A DNA stretch of 26,413 nucleotides from a virus (IMGVR_UViG_3300025036_000012:1-26413); one strand, 5' to 3'; positions 1-8,498 are shown, counted from the stretch's first letter. The notes: generated by a model not told the origin, from the letters alone. Numbers and translations: made by a program.

Positions 1-617
1 AATACCCCGCTCTTGTTTCCATAGTGGGCGAGAACCCAAAGTGCCCAAATCGGGCGGAACTGTGATACCATCTGTGTGCCTATCTGCCCTTGCACGCGAT
101 AGATATCACCCATTGACCGTATCCTGCCGCCCTCGGCCATCTGAATCGCCACCGTTGCGCAGCGCAAGCACCATTCGGGACGCCGGCGCTCCTCAGGAAC
201 AGTCCGGGGTTTCTTAACAACGGGAATATGGGGGAATCGAGGAAAGAACGCGGTTACGGGTCCTGGGTTGGGGCCCCAGGGCAGGATACACTCCGTGCTC
301 GGCGCCCACGCACTCTCGCCAAAGAGGTTGATCCCAATCTGGGATTGCCAAGACACCCTCGCGGCCTTGAGCTGCTCGATATAGGCGATCAACCGCATTG
401 GGTCTTCTGGGTGATAACTCATCCGACGCTCATAAAACAGATAGAGCCCAGCCGTAAGAATTTGATGCTGTTTCGCATCCAAGCTTAGCCCCCACATCAT
501 TTGGAGAGCTTGGTCAACAGACCCCGCATGCTCGGCGATTTCGTGCATGTGTTGCCGTAATGGGGCAATCGTCTCCTTCACCTGGTATTTGGATGGCGGC
601 TTATTCTCTGGCGACAT
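1..617 (-). CDS. Hypothetical protein, 3'-truncated by window edge (MSPENKPPSKYQVKETIAPLRQHMHE..., at least 205 aa, one CxxC)
   Basis: Read manually: ATG at 617 preceded by AAAGGAG, frame open to position 1. Absent from the ORF track because it has no stop in the window. Confidence 0.7.
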   Translation of the reverse strand, partial: MSPENKPPSKYQVKETIAPLRQHMHEIAEHAGSVDQALQMMWGLSLDAKQHQILTAGLYLFYERRMSYHPEDPMRLIAYIEQLKAARVSWQSQIGINLFGESAWAPSTECILPWGPNPGPVTAFFPRFPHIPVVKKPRTVPEERRRPEWCLRCATVAIQMAEGGRIRSMGDIYRVQGQIGTQMVSQFRPIWALWVLAHYGNKSGV

Positions 618-792
618 CGCAAGCTCCTTTTGTGTGCCAACGCCACACTTCCATGAAGTCTATGCCAAACACTTCCCGAATAATGAAGGCACCTACCTTG
701 CCGGTGCCCGCGCTGTCGCCGACGATAAGCGGAACATGCGCTTCTATCCAGATATCGGCTTCGCCACCATCAAAATAAACCACCGGGCTCAT
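601..792 (-). CDS. Small hypothetical protein (63 aa, MSPVVYFDGG...)
   Basis: ATG at 792 with GAGGAGG upstream; overlaps both neighbours as expected in an operon. The track start at 861 is probably too long. Confidence 0.6.
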   Translation of the reverse strand: MSPVVYFDGGEADIWIEAHVPLIVGDSAGTGKVGAFIIREVFGIDFMEVWRWHTKGACDVARE

Positions 793-1015
793 TCGGTTCC
801 TCCTCGTTGCCAACGGTATACATACCACGCTTCTTGTGAACGATAAGCCCCTGGGCGACAAGCCGCTGCAAGACCTGTTGCGCTCGCTGGCGGCTTACCT
901 TGCAATGCCTAACTACCTCGGCGAGGCAGATGTCCCGTGCAGGAAAACGCTTTGGGTTCTGTCTGTGTCGGGTAATAAGCCCCATTAGATATTCAAGGGG
1001 CGTCGGGCTAGCCAT
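770..1015 (-). CDS. Winged helix-turn-helix DNA-binding protein
   Basis: LAEVVRHCKVSRQRAQQVLQRLVAQGLIVHKKRGMYTV is a typical wHTH pattern. ATG 1015 follows GAGGAGGAG. Confidence 0.7.
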   Translation of the reverse strand: MASPTPLEYLMGLITRHRQNPKRFPARDICLAEVVRHCKVSRQRAQQVLQRLVAQGLIVHKKRGMYTVGNEEEPNEPGGLF

Positions 1016-2312
1016 AGCTCTCCTCCTCGGTTTCAGAATAACACACATAGCGGCGGTCGAACAAGAATGCAAGTGTGCCGGTTGCCCCATCCCGATGCTT
1101 CACAACCCGAAGCTCTACTGGGAGATACCGTTCCGTGACGGGCGTCTCGCGACTTGGAACAAGGATGTATATGCGGTCGGGGTCGTTGTCAAGCGAAGCC
1201 CCATAGAGCTCGCTTGCCGAGAATAAGCCGCGCTTCCCCTCCTTAGTAAGCTGGGAAGCTGTTACAACCACCATGCCGCATTCAGTGGCGAGTGTCTTGA
1301 GTGCTTTCGAGACAGCCATCAGTTCCTCATTGTTCTGGCCAAGCAACTGGATATAATCCACAAAGATAACCTCGACGCCTTTCCCCGCGACCCTGCGGAT
1401 TTCTGATTTAAGACTAGGAATCGTGGCACTGGGCGTCAGCAGTTCTATCTGGTTCCACAGGGCATCCGACCGCGAAAGTCGACCGATGTCAAACTCGCCA
1501 TGCAATAGTTTCCACAGCGGAATCTCATTGCACTGGGCAAAGAGGCGTGCCGCGAGACGCGAGGGGGACATTTCGAACGATAGAAATGCAACCCGCTTGT
1601 CTTGCTTCGCTAGGTTGAGCGTCAGGGTTAGAAGCCAAGCTGTTTTGCCGGCGCCGGGGTTCCCGCTAAGCAAGATGTATTCGCTCGGCTCGAACCCGCC
1701 AAAGGTGGCGTCGTGCCGTCCCCAGCCAGTCAGAATAGCCCGCTTGCGCCCATGCGGTTGCCCGTCCTCGCCAATAACAAGAGACTCGCTTATCCACTTA
1801 TTGATAGCTTCTACGGGTGTTTCCTGCACGGTTCGCTGGAGCCGAGCAGAGACCCGCTGGACGCCGTCCTCCATCTCGCCAAGAACGGTGAGCACGTTCG
1901 CGCCGTCCGCAAAGGCTTCTCTTGTGGTGCGCCGGCAATGGTCGATTAGCTGCCGAAGCCCCGCCTTCTGCTTTAGAACACGACAGTGCGACTCGAAAGC
2001 AGAGGCGTCTGGCGTGACGCAGACCAGTGCCGTAAGGTAGCTTTCACCATTCACTTGGTCGAGCAGACCCCGGCTTCTCAGGTCATCGGCGAGCGAGAGA
2101 ATGTCGGGCGTTATCTCCTTGAAGTCAAGCTGCAACAGGGCGTCGTAGATGATTTGATGCGACGGATAATAGAAGTCGTCAAGCAGGAGCAAGTCCTTCG
2201 CCAGTGGGATTGTGCTCAAGGGGCTTACAATCATCGATCCAAGCACCGCCTGTTCTGTCTCTTGAGAGTGCGGCATCACAAGAGCATCAAGCTTGTCGCG
2301 TCGCCTATCCAT
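1008..2312 (-). CDS. dnaB: Replicative DNA helicase, DnaB family
   Basis: N-terminal PHSQETEQAVLGSM...DFYYPSHQIIY; Walker A GNPGAGKT; FLSFEMS; Walker B IFVDYIQL; ASQL; KHRDG. Start moved to ATG 2312 (GGAGGG upstream). Confidence 0.93.
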   Translation of the reverse strand: MDRRRDKLDALVMPHSQETEQAVLGSMIVSPLSTIPLAKDLLLLDDFYYPSHQIIYDALLQLDFKEITPDILSLADDLRSRGLLDQVNGESYLTALVCVTPDASAFESHCRVLKQKAGLRQLIDHCRRTTREAFADGANVLTVLGEMEDGVQRVSARLQRTVQETPVEAINKWISESLVIGEDGQPHGRKRAILTGWGRHDATFGGFEPSEYILLSGNPGAGKTAWLLTLTLNLAKQDKRVAFLSFEMSPSRLAARLFAQCNEIPLWKLLHGEFDIGRLSRSDALWNQIELLTPSATIPSLKSEIRRVAGKGVEVIFVDYIQLLGQNNEELMAVSKALKTLATECGMVVVTASQLTKEGKRGLFSASELYGASLDNDPDRIYILVPSRETPVTERYLPVELRVVKHRDGATGTLAFLFDRRYVCYSETEEESYG

Positions 2313-2835
2313 CAAATAGTTGCGGCCCCTCCGCTCCAAGCGCTGCGTAAAGTGCAATGCCCGCCGCGTCGATTTCGTGTGGGGTTGCCAACGCCCCATC
2401 GGGGATAACAACGCCCCGATGCTCAATCGAAAGCCTTATCAGCTCCTTCCGTTCTGAGGTTGGCAGTCGGTCCCTACCAAGAACGACTACCTGCCAACGG
2501 CGGGGCGTTACCAAAACCACCAACCCCGCCCACCTGCTTGCGAACATCCCAACCTGGATGTTTATCGCTTCCGCCGCAGGAACACTCTCGGCACCCCAGA
2601 CCAGATAACGCTCAATGGCTGCACGGGCTAGCTGACAATGCATATCTTCTATCCACTTCACCGCCTGGCGATGGAGCTCGAGCGCCCGTAGGATCGCGGC
2701 GTCCTCATGAGGGGTCTTGTCGGGAGCGGTCTTGAATGTCTTCATCAGTAGCTTGGAAGCCGTTAGCGCCGCAACCGCCATCCCCGCATAGCCGGGGTCA
2801 ACACCTACATACATCGTGTCGTTATCGGTTATCAT
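2305..2835 (-). CDS. RuvC-like Holliday junction resolvase
   Basis: YVGVDPG, AAIER, TPRRWQ..LG and HEIDAAGIA match the RuvC catalytic D/E/D arrangement. Confidence 0.8.
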   Translation of the reverse strand: MITDNDTMYVGVDPGYAGMAVAALTASKLLMKTFKTAPDKTPHEDAAILRALELHRQAVKWIEDMHCQLARAAIERYLVWGAESVPAAEAINIQVGMFASRWAGLVVLVTPRRWQVVVLGRDRLPTSERKELIRLSIEHRGVVIPDGALATPHEIDAAGIALYAALGAEGPQLFDG

Positions 2836-3259
2836 CGCGCTTCTTGCCCTTTACAAGAGCACCGACCTGCCGGCTGTAGGTAACTCCTTTGGTTAGTGTA
2901 AAATCCACCACCATCAACCGGTAGGCTTCGCCTTCAAAGACCCCCTGCACGCCAACCAGTTTCTCGAAACGCTGCTGCCATTCATCTATGGAGAGAATCG
3001 GATAACCCTCCCGCTGGCAGTGGGGTGCCCGTTGGGCATATTGCTGAAACTCCTTGCCCGTCCCGCGCCAGACCTCATCCACCATAAGTTCTGCCACATA
3101 AACGCGCTTTGTCCACGGCCTGCCGGCTGCATAGGCTCTAATCGTGCTTCCCTTGTGCAAGCAGAGCCAATAATCGCTACGCATTAACCGTGTCGTGCGC
3201 GTCTTGCCCCCAACCAGTATCAGCTTACAATTAAGGCGTGTGAATCCCATATCAGGCAT
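2822..3259 (-). CDS. ASCH/PUA-like domain protein
   Basis: ILVGGKTRTTR (GxKTxTxR) at the N-terminus and a later REGY..IDEW segment. Confidence 0.6.
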   Translation of the reverse strand: MPDMGFTRLNCKLILVGGKTRTTRLMRSDYWLCLHKGSTIRAYAAGRPWTKRVYVAELMVDEVWRGTGKEFQQYAQRAPHCQREGYPILSIDEWQQRFEKLVGVQGVFEGEAYRLMVVDFTLTKGVTYSRQVGALVKGKKRDDNR

Positions 3260-3264
3260 CGTCC

Positions 3265-3501
3265 TTACCTCCGGCAGTAGTGTCGTCGCTGGATGAGTAG
3301 ATCATTGTTCCCTCCTGCCCCCTCGGTCTTCTTACGCAAGCGAGCTATCTCTGCCTTGAGAACTTGAATCGCTCGCTCGTGTTCATGAATCACAGCAAGC
3401 TTGCGCTTGATCGCCTCCATCGCTTTCTCCACTTCAAGGCGTTTCATATTCTTAGGAGAATATCCCATCGTGCTATTGTTCCCTCGATGTCCATAGGACA
3501 A
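3265..3501 (-). CDS. Small coiled-coil hypothetical protein (true start may be ATG 3447)
   Basis: Heptad-like EKAMEAIKRKLAVIHEHERAIQVLKAEIARLRKK; fills the gap in the operon. Confidence 0.5.
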   Translation of the reverse strand: MSYGHRGNNSTMGYSPKNMKRLEVEKAMEAIKRKLAVIHEHERAIQVLKAEIARLRKKTEGAGGNNDLLIQRRHYCRR

Positions 3502-4129
3502 GCAGTCTGTGATATCGGTTCTCCACGCTGCGGGCGTAACGACTCAGCCGATGGTCTCCGTGATACCGAGCGACGGCTAGCCACATATTGTCTTTGGGAT
3601 GATAGCGGTTGAGAATGGCAGCCCCAACATCGACATTGTTGTGCGGGTTGAAGAAATCAGCGCACCCAAGCCCAGGAGCGTAAATCCTGCCCCAGGTGCG
3701 ATAATGCCACTGCATCAGCCCGATCGCGCGGCCATTGTCTCCAACGCAATCAACCCTAAAATCCGATTCCTGTTCCACCATCGCCGCGAGCAGTAAAGCC
3801 GCCTGTTCGAGTGGTAGTGAAAGTTCATCAGTGGCGGAAACAATCGCATCGGCAATAACAAGCGAGTTCTTCTTGTCGATGTACCCGTCAAGAAATAGGG
3901 TGAGCTCCTTGACGGGAGAAAACTCAGCCGTCGCGGGTACCGGGCGCACCAAGATGTTCAGCATCACGGCTCCGCCGATAACCTCAAGGCCGACAACAAC
4001 AACGAGACCCCAGACCCAACACCATAGCCGCCGCGCCTCGGCTTTCCAAGAACGCGGAGCCACCCAGTAGTTAAGGCGCTCGTAGCCCTGACCGGTTGTC
4101 GCTTCCTTGTATATCAATAGCGTTTTCAC
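3473..4129 (-). CDS. Membrane-anchored lytic transglycosylase (SLT domain)
   Basis: LAAMVEQESDF (catalytic Glu), AIGLMQ, NVDVGAAIL, AVARYHG; N-terminal hydrophobic helix VWGLVVVVGLEVIGGAVMLNILV. Confidence 0.88.
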   Translation of the reverse strand: MKTLLIYKEATTGQGYERLNYWVAPRSWKAEARRLWCWVWGLVVVVGLEVIGGAVMLNILVRPVPATAEFSPVKELTLFLDGYIDKKNSLVIADAIVSATDELSLPLEQAALLLAAMVEQESDFRVDCVGDNGRAIGLMQWHYRTWGRIYAPGLGCADFFNPHNNVDVGAAILNRYHPKDNMWLAVARYHGDHRLSRYARSVENRYHRLLVLWTSREQ

Positions 4130-4188
4130 CTCCTAAAGTGTTAGTATCGTAACTCGCGATGCCTTTGTTCCGCTGGTCAATACAGAAC

Positions 4189-4238
4189 GCCGGGGTGCTG
4201 ACCGATAGGAGGAACGGCCAGAGAACCAGCACCCCGGC
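4189..4238. repeat. 12-bp perfect inverted repeat with 26-nt loop in the intergenic gap
   Basis: GCCGGGGTGCTG (4189-4200) and CAGCACCCCGGC (4227-4238). Confidence 0.85.
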
Positions 4239-4247
4239 TCTATCACT

Positions 4248-5276
4248 TTAACCATCAGCCGCCACTTCCGACGGCTTGACGGGAGTAATAGCAATCCTCG
4301 TTCGCTCAGCCTGTTGCTTGTATTGCTCCTTGATATCATCAGGCACGGAATAGACGCTAGATGAATACCGGCTGACCTTGATGGTGCCGCCCTCGTAAAG
4401 ATAGGTCCCGACATTCTTGGCACGATGAGCATTCTTAAGAAGCTCATCAACGACCTCAAACCGCTCGGCTCCTTCCTTTAGAGACGCCCGCTCCACGAGA
4501 AGCTTCTCGATTTCCTCGTCGTTAGCCAAGAATACATCGGCGGCAAAGGTTACGGGTGGCTTGCATATCCCCTTGTAGCCGCATCTGTCGCACCAGATCC
4601 CCGGCGTCTTGTCAGCTATGGCGTTCTGCGCGATGTGCTCGTTGACCACCTCAAGCCGGTCAAGGATCTTCTCTACATAATCATAGTCAAGATAGACAGG
4701 GAAGAACTTGAGAATCGCGGTGTTCCGAATGCTGATAATATACACCCCCTGTTCTAACTTCGTTCGGGAACGCTCCAGCTCGTAGAGAAACAAGTAGAGC
4801 TGAAACTGGCCGTGCCATAACCGCCAATACCACTGGTCGGGCGGCGGGTCGGCAAGAGCTTCGACACAGAACTTCTCGAAGTTCCACCTGCTTAAGCCCT
4901 TGACCTCGGCAGGAACGGGTTTCGATTTCTCATCGAGCGCCACCGTGCAGTCAATCCTTCCACCAATCTGCCAGGTGTTCGGCGGAAACGGAACTTCTTC
5001 CTGTGCAATGCGCACGCCGGCTTCCCGAAGAAGCTTCAAGACAATATCGCCATTGAGACGCCCCTCCCAGAAGATTCGAGCAAGCCCCGGGTCAATAGCC
5101 TCCCCCTTGTCCCAGTGCAGCCGCTGGAAACACAGATACGCAAGGCATGGGTGGGCGGCCTCCGAGGCGCGGTTGGAACGAACGGGCATTATGCTGCCAC
5201 TCTCCTTAGCCCAATGTTGCTCCAGCATATTACCGAGCCCCTCAGCCACCTTGATTGCATAAGACGGCTCGCTCAT
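4248..5276 (-). CDS. Cas4-like PD-(D/E)xK exonuclease with predicted 4Fe-4S cysteines
   Basis: ASEAAHPCL (Cys1), GRID, EVKG, QFQLY, WCDRCGYKGIC (Cys2-4); adjacent to a putative annealing protein. Confidence 0.82.
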   Translation of the reverse strand: MSEPSYAIKVAEGLGNMLEQHWAKESGSIMPVRSNRASEAAHPCLAYLCFQRLHWDKGEAIDPGLARIFWEGRLNGDIVLKLLREAGVRIAQEEVPFPPNTWQIGGRIDCTVALDEKSKPVPAEVKGLSRWNFEKFCVEALADPPPDQWYWRLWHGQFQLYLFLYELERSRTKLEQGVYIISIRNTAILKFFPVYLDYDYVEKILDRLEVVNEHIAQNAIADKTPGIWCDRCGYKGICKPPVTFAADVFLANDEEIEKLLVERASLKEGAERFEVVDELLKNAHRAKNVGTYLYEGGTIKVSRYSSSVYSVPDDIKEQYKQQAERTRIAITPVKPSEVAADG

Positions 5277-6235
5277 CAGAAGTCCTCCTTATCGTTATCA
5301 AGCTTAGGAAGCAAGAGATCACCTTGCTGAGTCGCCCGGCCCGCCTCTAGACTTGATTTCTTATCAGCAAGTTGCTTCGCCGTATAAGCCACCCACTGTT
5401 TGCTTGCCTTACCACTTCGAAGCCGCTGGATTGTTAGGTTCTGACCGCTGTAAGCGGACGCCTCGAAGATTTCCGTTTCAACGGACTTGCCGCTGATTTG
5501 GGAAATCTCTGTTGCAAGCAGCATAAGCTTGTCAACAGCCTCGACGCTTGCGGCCTCGGTCTGAATACGCCGCTTCGCGGGGGGCTGGGTGGGCTCGCCC
5601 CGGGGTTGGGCTCCCTCCTCCTTAAAGTCAACGCGAGGAACCTCGCCTGTTTTCAGACCTTGTGCCTTTAAATCCTCCAGCTTAACATTTCGCAGCCCCA
5701 AGAGTCTTGAGACGGCAGACGCTACATAGTTGCTGTAAGCCGCCTTCTCCACCGTCAGCTCATCGGGCTCCTTGAATTCAAGCTGCCGCGTCTTCTTGTC
5801 CCACCGAAAGAAGAACTTGTCCGTTGAACTTCGCCCGGCGACGATCCACATCTTGCGGCGGAAGTAGTGCGAGAAAACCATGCCCGACAGCGTAAACCTT
5901 ATGTGGCTCTCGCCCTCCTTCTGGAACCTCTCCTTCTCGACCTTCGGTTCTGAAATCTCTATCTGGAACGGATTGCCGAACTTCTCGGCACCGCTCGCCT
6001 GTAGATAGAGATTGTCACCGAACAGAACCCAGTCGTCGGGTTGTGTGAAGCGGATGCACCGCCCGATAACCGCTTGATAGAGCTCGAGCTGCTTCATCAC
6101 CAGCTCCAGATCTACAGGCGGCTCGCCTTGCTGGGCTACAATTTCTTCCCTGACAACCTCTCCTGTCAGCGGAGCCAAAGTGTCGGCATCACCATCGGCT
6201 GTTCGGTCAGCGTTGTTCTTTCTCTCCTTATCCAT
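5276..6235 (-). CDS. Putative single-strand annealing/recombination protein
   Basis: Position next to the exonuclease; LYLQASGAEKF...F and EKAAYSNYVASAVSRLLGL resemble the core of phage annealing proteins. ATG 6235 follows AAGGAGG. Confidence 0.5.
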   Translation of the reverse strand: MDKERKNNADRTADGDADTLAPLTGEVVREEIVAQQGEPPVDLELVMKQLELYQAVIGRCIRFTQPDDWVLFGDNLYLQASGAEKFGNPFQIEISEPKVEKERFQKEGESHIRFTLSGMVFSHYFRRKMWIVAGRSSTDKFFFRWDKKTRQLEFKEPDELTVEKAAYSNYVASAVSRLLGLRNVKLEDLKAQGLKTGEVPRVDFKEEGAQPRGEPTQPPAKRRIQTEAASVEAVDKLMLLATEISQISGKSVETEIFEASAYSGQNLTIQRLRSGKASKQWVAYTAKQLADKKSSLEAGRATQQGDLLLPKLDNDKEDF

Positions 6236-6251
6236 AATATAGTCCTCCTTC

Positions 6252-7121
6252 TTAATCGTTCCCTCGATATACCCCACCCTCCGGCAGGTACCCGCCGATG
6301 TTCCAGAATAGTATCGGCTCAGGAAAGCGGGTTCCGCGTTCTATTTCCATCTGGAGCCAATGCCAGGACTTCATATCATAATGAGGGTGTGCCGGAAAGG
6401 GCACCGGGATGTCAAGCGGGTCATAATAGCCAAGCTTTGGATAAGCTTGGATGCTTACATACGGAGCAATACGCCCGATATTCTGTGCTATGCGTCTAGC
6501 AACGGCACTCGGCGGCCTGCCAATAGTAATCAAGCAGACCTTCTTAAAGTCGTCCATGTGGGCTGCTAGCACACCAGATGAGATGATGCCCGACCCAGCC
6601 ACCATCACCAGCGTGCCGCCCAGCACATACTCTGGTAGCTCGCGCCCGGCTTGCCTCGCCGCGCTGAAACCCTCTGGACATGCGAGTCCCGCAGGGACAA
6701 TCTGAAAGCCGCGAGCACAACCAGCCCGCGAGAGGAATGCCTGTGATATTGTTAGTCGGGTGGCTGGACATTGGACAATCTCGGCGCCGAGTGCTTGGGC
6801 GTATGCTGCCGGCTCCGGGATGCGCCCTTCCTTAATCATCTTCGCAGTAAACGGATAGCCAATCATAGCCTTGATCCCCGTGGCTCGGCAAAGCGCAGCA
6901 ACCCCAATCCCAAGGGTGCTGACGCGGGTGTCCCAGCATGCCATGCCCTGAATGCCTGCGTTGCCCTCTATAAGCGCACACAACCCACGACATTTCGCCT
7001 GGGGCGGTGCTGGGGGGCGTCCGAACTTATCATCACGCTTCACCCAAACGCAGTGACCGCCGATATCGTGTTCCTCTACTGGCGTCTTTGCGGCAAACAG
7101 GTCTTCTATCTTAAGAGCCAT
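6252..7121 (-). CDS. PLP-dependent enzyme, fold type II (ACC deaminase/D-cysteine desulfhydrase-like)
   Basis: KTPVE...VWVKRDD...AKCR (PLP lysine), ALGAEIV, VAGSGIISSGV phosphate-binding loop, YDMK, ILFWNIGG. Confidence 0.8.
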   Translation of the reverse strand: MALKIEDLFAAKTPVEEHDIGGHCVWVKRDDKFGRPPAPPQAKCRGLCALIEGNAGIQGMACWDTRVSTLGIGVAALCRATGIKAMIGYPFTAKMIKEGRIPEPAAYAQALGAEIVQCPATRLTISQAFLSRAGCARGFQIVPAGLACPEGFSAARQAGRELPEYVLGGTLVMVAGSGIISSGVLAAHMDDFKKVCLITIGRPPSAVARRIAQNIGRIAPYVSIQAYPKLGYYDPLDIPVPFPAHPHYDMKSWHWLQMEIERGTRFPEPILFWNIGGYLPEGGVYRGND

Positions 7122-7620
7122 TTGCAAGCCCCTCAATGAGTCGGCGTAGGTGGGATTCCGCCGTGAGACGGTAAGCTGTTCTCTCGCGTTCTATCACTTC
7201 CCTCCGGGGGTGTCCGAAGGCGCGGAACGGTGAACAGAACAAGTCTTTCGGGACGCCATCGGCGATGGGGCCGTCGCGAGCAACAACACAAAGACGACAG
7301 TTCCCATCGATGTCCAGCCACATTAGCACGACCGCATCCGAGAACTGCAAACCTCCTGGGTTTGTCACCTTCGTGCTCGCCGCCCGGCAGGGGGAGGCAA
7401 AGAGAACCTCGTCGACTCCCGCCAGAACGAGAAGCCGCTCGAGCACCCCCAGTTCCTTACGCCATTCTGCTTTCGATCGGGCTTCCCCCACGAAGAAATG
7501 AAGCACCCGGCGGTCGAACTCCAGGATGACAACCCCGCCAACGGGAACGAAGTCAAGAAGTTTCGACCCCGGTGTGCCGTAAAGCGTTTCCCAAGGTTCC
7601 TGAAGAGAAGATAGCCTCAT
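7111..7620 (-). CDS. Hypothetical protein (169 aa)
   Basis: CAGGAGG SD; TAATG overlap with the upstream small ORF; overlaps the start of the PLP gene. Confidence 0.65.
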   Translation of the reverse strand: MRLSSLQEPWETLYGTPGSKLLDFVPVGGVVILEFDRRVLHFFVGEARSKAEWRKELGVLERLLVLAGVDEVLFASPCRAASTKVTNPGGLQFSDAVVLMWLDIDGNCRLCVVARDGPIADGVPKDLFCSPFRAFGHPRREVIERERTAYRLTAESHLRRLIEGLANGS

Positions 7621-7742
7621 TATGCATCGTCCTCCTGGGATTGCCAGAGCCAGAGCGGGCGGCGTGGCTCTCCAAGGTAGCAGCAGATATCCACAGCATA
7701 GACCTCACGCCATTCTGAAGTGTCTTGTGGTCGCTTCGTCAT
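7620..7742 (-). CDS. Small protein, 40 aa (MTKRPQDTSEWREVYAVDICCYLGEPRRPLWLWQSQEDDA)
   Basis: Read manually: AGGAGG-AAACG-ATG, first ORF after promoter P2; its TAA overlaps the next ATG. Confidence 0.6.
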   Translation of the reverse strand: MTKRPQDTSEWREVYAVDICCYLGEPRRPLWLWQSQEDDA

Positions 7743-7782
7743 CGTTTCCTCCTATCGTTTGTTTTCAACGAGGCGAGCCTCA

Positions 7783-8259
7783 TCAATGCAGGGTATAATG
7801 CTTCCCACGGCGCGTGTCAAGTCCTTTGGCGCTTTTATCTTCTTTTTCTTTCTTGCCTCGGTTTGCCTCAGTCTCTATGCATATATACGGGAACCCATTC
7901 TGGGGGCCCGTAAGTAGCAGCGGGGACGGAGCGCGAATCCCCGCCTTAAACCATCCACGAGTCGCAAAGGGGTCGTCTGCATTAATATCTGCCGCGACTT
8001 GCGCTCCATAGCCGCGAGACAGTCGAAAAATAACGGGGAGGGCGGACTGTGTAGCAGGTTGTATCCACGCTACGATCAAGGAGGAATCGCCCGCCTCATC
8101 CCCGTCCTTCAAGGAGAAGGTTAGGTAAATCAGCACAATGTAAATCAATATGCTAAGCAATATAACGATTATGCATATAAGGCACGCGATGATTCGCCAC
8201 GCTTGTATTTGCTCTTGACACTGAGGACGATATACCAGCCATCTCACGGGTGGCTTCAT
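7783..8259 (-). CDS. Single-pass membrane protein, hypothetical
   Basis: GAGGTG SD and ATGA overlap with the upstream gene; hydrophobic IIACLICIIVILLSILIYIVLIYLTFSL; 3' end runs through P2. Confidence 0.55.
   Translation of the reverse strand: MKPPVRWLVYRPQCQEQIQAWRIIACLICIIVILLSILIYIVLIYLTFSLKDGDEAGDSSLIVAWIQPATQSALPVIFRLSRGYGAQVAADINADDPFATRGWFKAGIRAPSPLLLTGPQNGFPYICIETEANRGKKEKEDKSAKGLDTRRGKHYTLH
7792..7860 (-). promoter_or_regulatory. Sigma70-type promoter P2 with A-rich upstream element
   Basis: TTGACA (7820-7815), 17-nt spacer, TATACC (7797-7792); upstream A-tract shared with P1. Confidence 0.75.
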
Positions 8260-8498
8260 ATCTCACCTCGCTCATACGCGGCGAGCAGTTCCGTTCGCAC
8301 ATCATTGCGGGCGTCATCAGGCACCATCTCATCCTCAAGCGCGGCTTCGATTGCGTCCGCCTTGTTCAAACGGATATGGTCACTGCAGCGCTTGACCCAT
8401 TCGTAGAGTTGGCGCTCTGTGAATTCAGGGTCGGGCAAGTCGCAATCCTTGCCCGTCACGCCAGGCGGGTACCCGCCAGCCCAGTTATTCAACATCAC
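8256..8498 (-). CDS. Small acidic hypothetical protein (YPPG motif)
   Basis: AGGAGG upstream of the GTG/ATG start; overlaps both neighbours. Confidence 0.7.
   Translation of the reverse strand: MMLNNWAGGYPPGVTGKDCDLPDPEFTERQLYEWVKRCSDHIRLNKADAIEAALEDEMVPDDARNDVRTELLAAYERGEI

Noticed and set aside
4248-5276. Cas4-like gene as evidence of a CRISPR-Cas locus
   Set aside because: No repeat-spacer array or other cas genes; standalone Cas4-like nucleases are common in phages.
5268-5282. CUGAUGA on the minus strand
   Set aside because: It is simply the TGA/ATG gene junction; no GAAA or helices follow.
7745-7790. UUGAUGA...GAAA downstream of P2, resembling a second hammerhead
   Set aside because: No stem I or stem III partners, stem II would be mostly G-U, and C3>U lacks the compensating G8>A. 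At most a decayed relic.
8215-8236. TTGACA...TATACC on the plus strand
   Set aside because: The spacer is only 10 nt.
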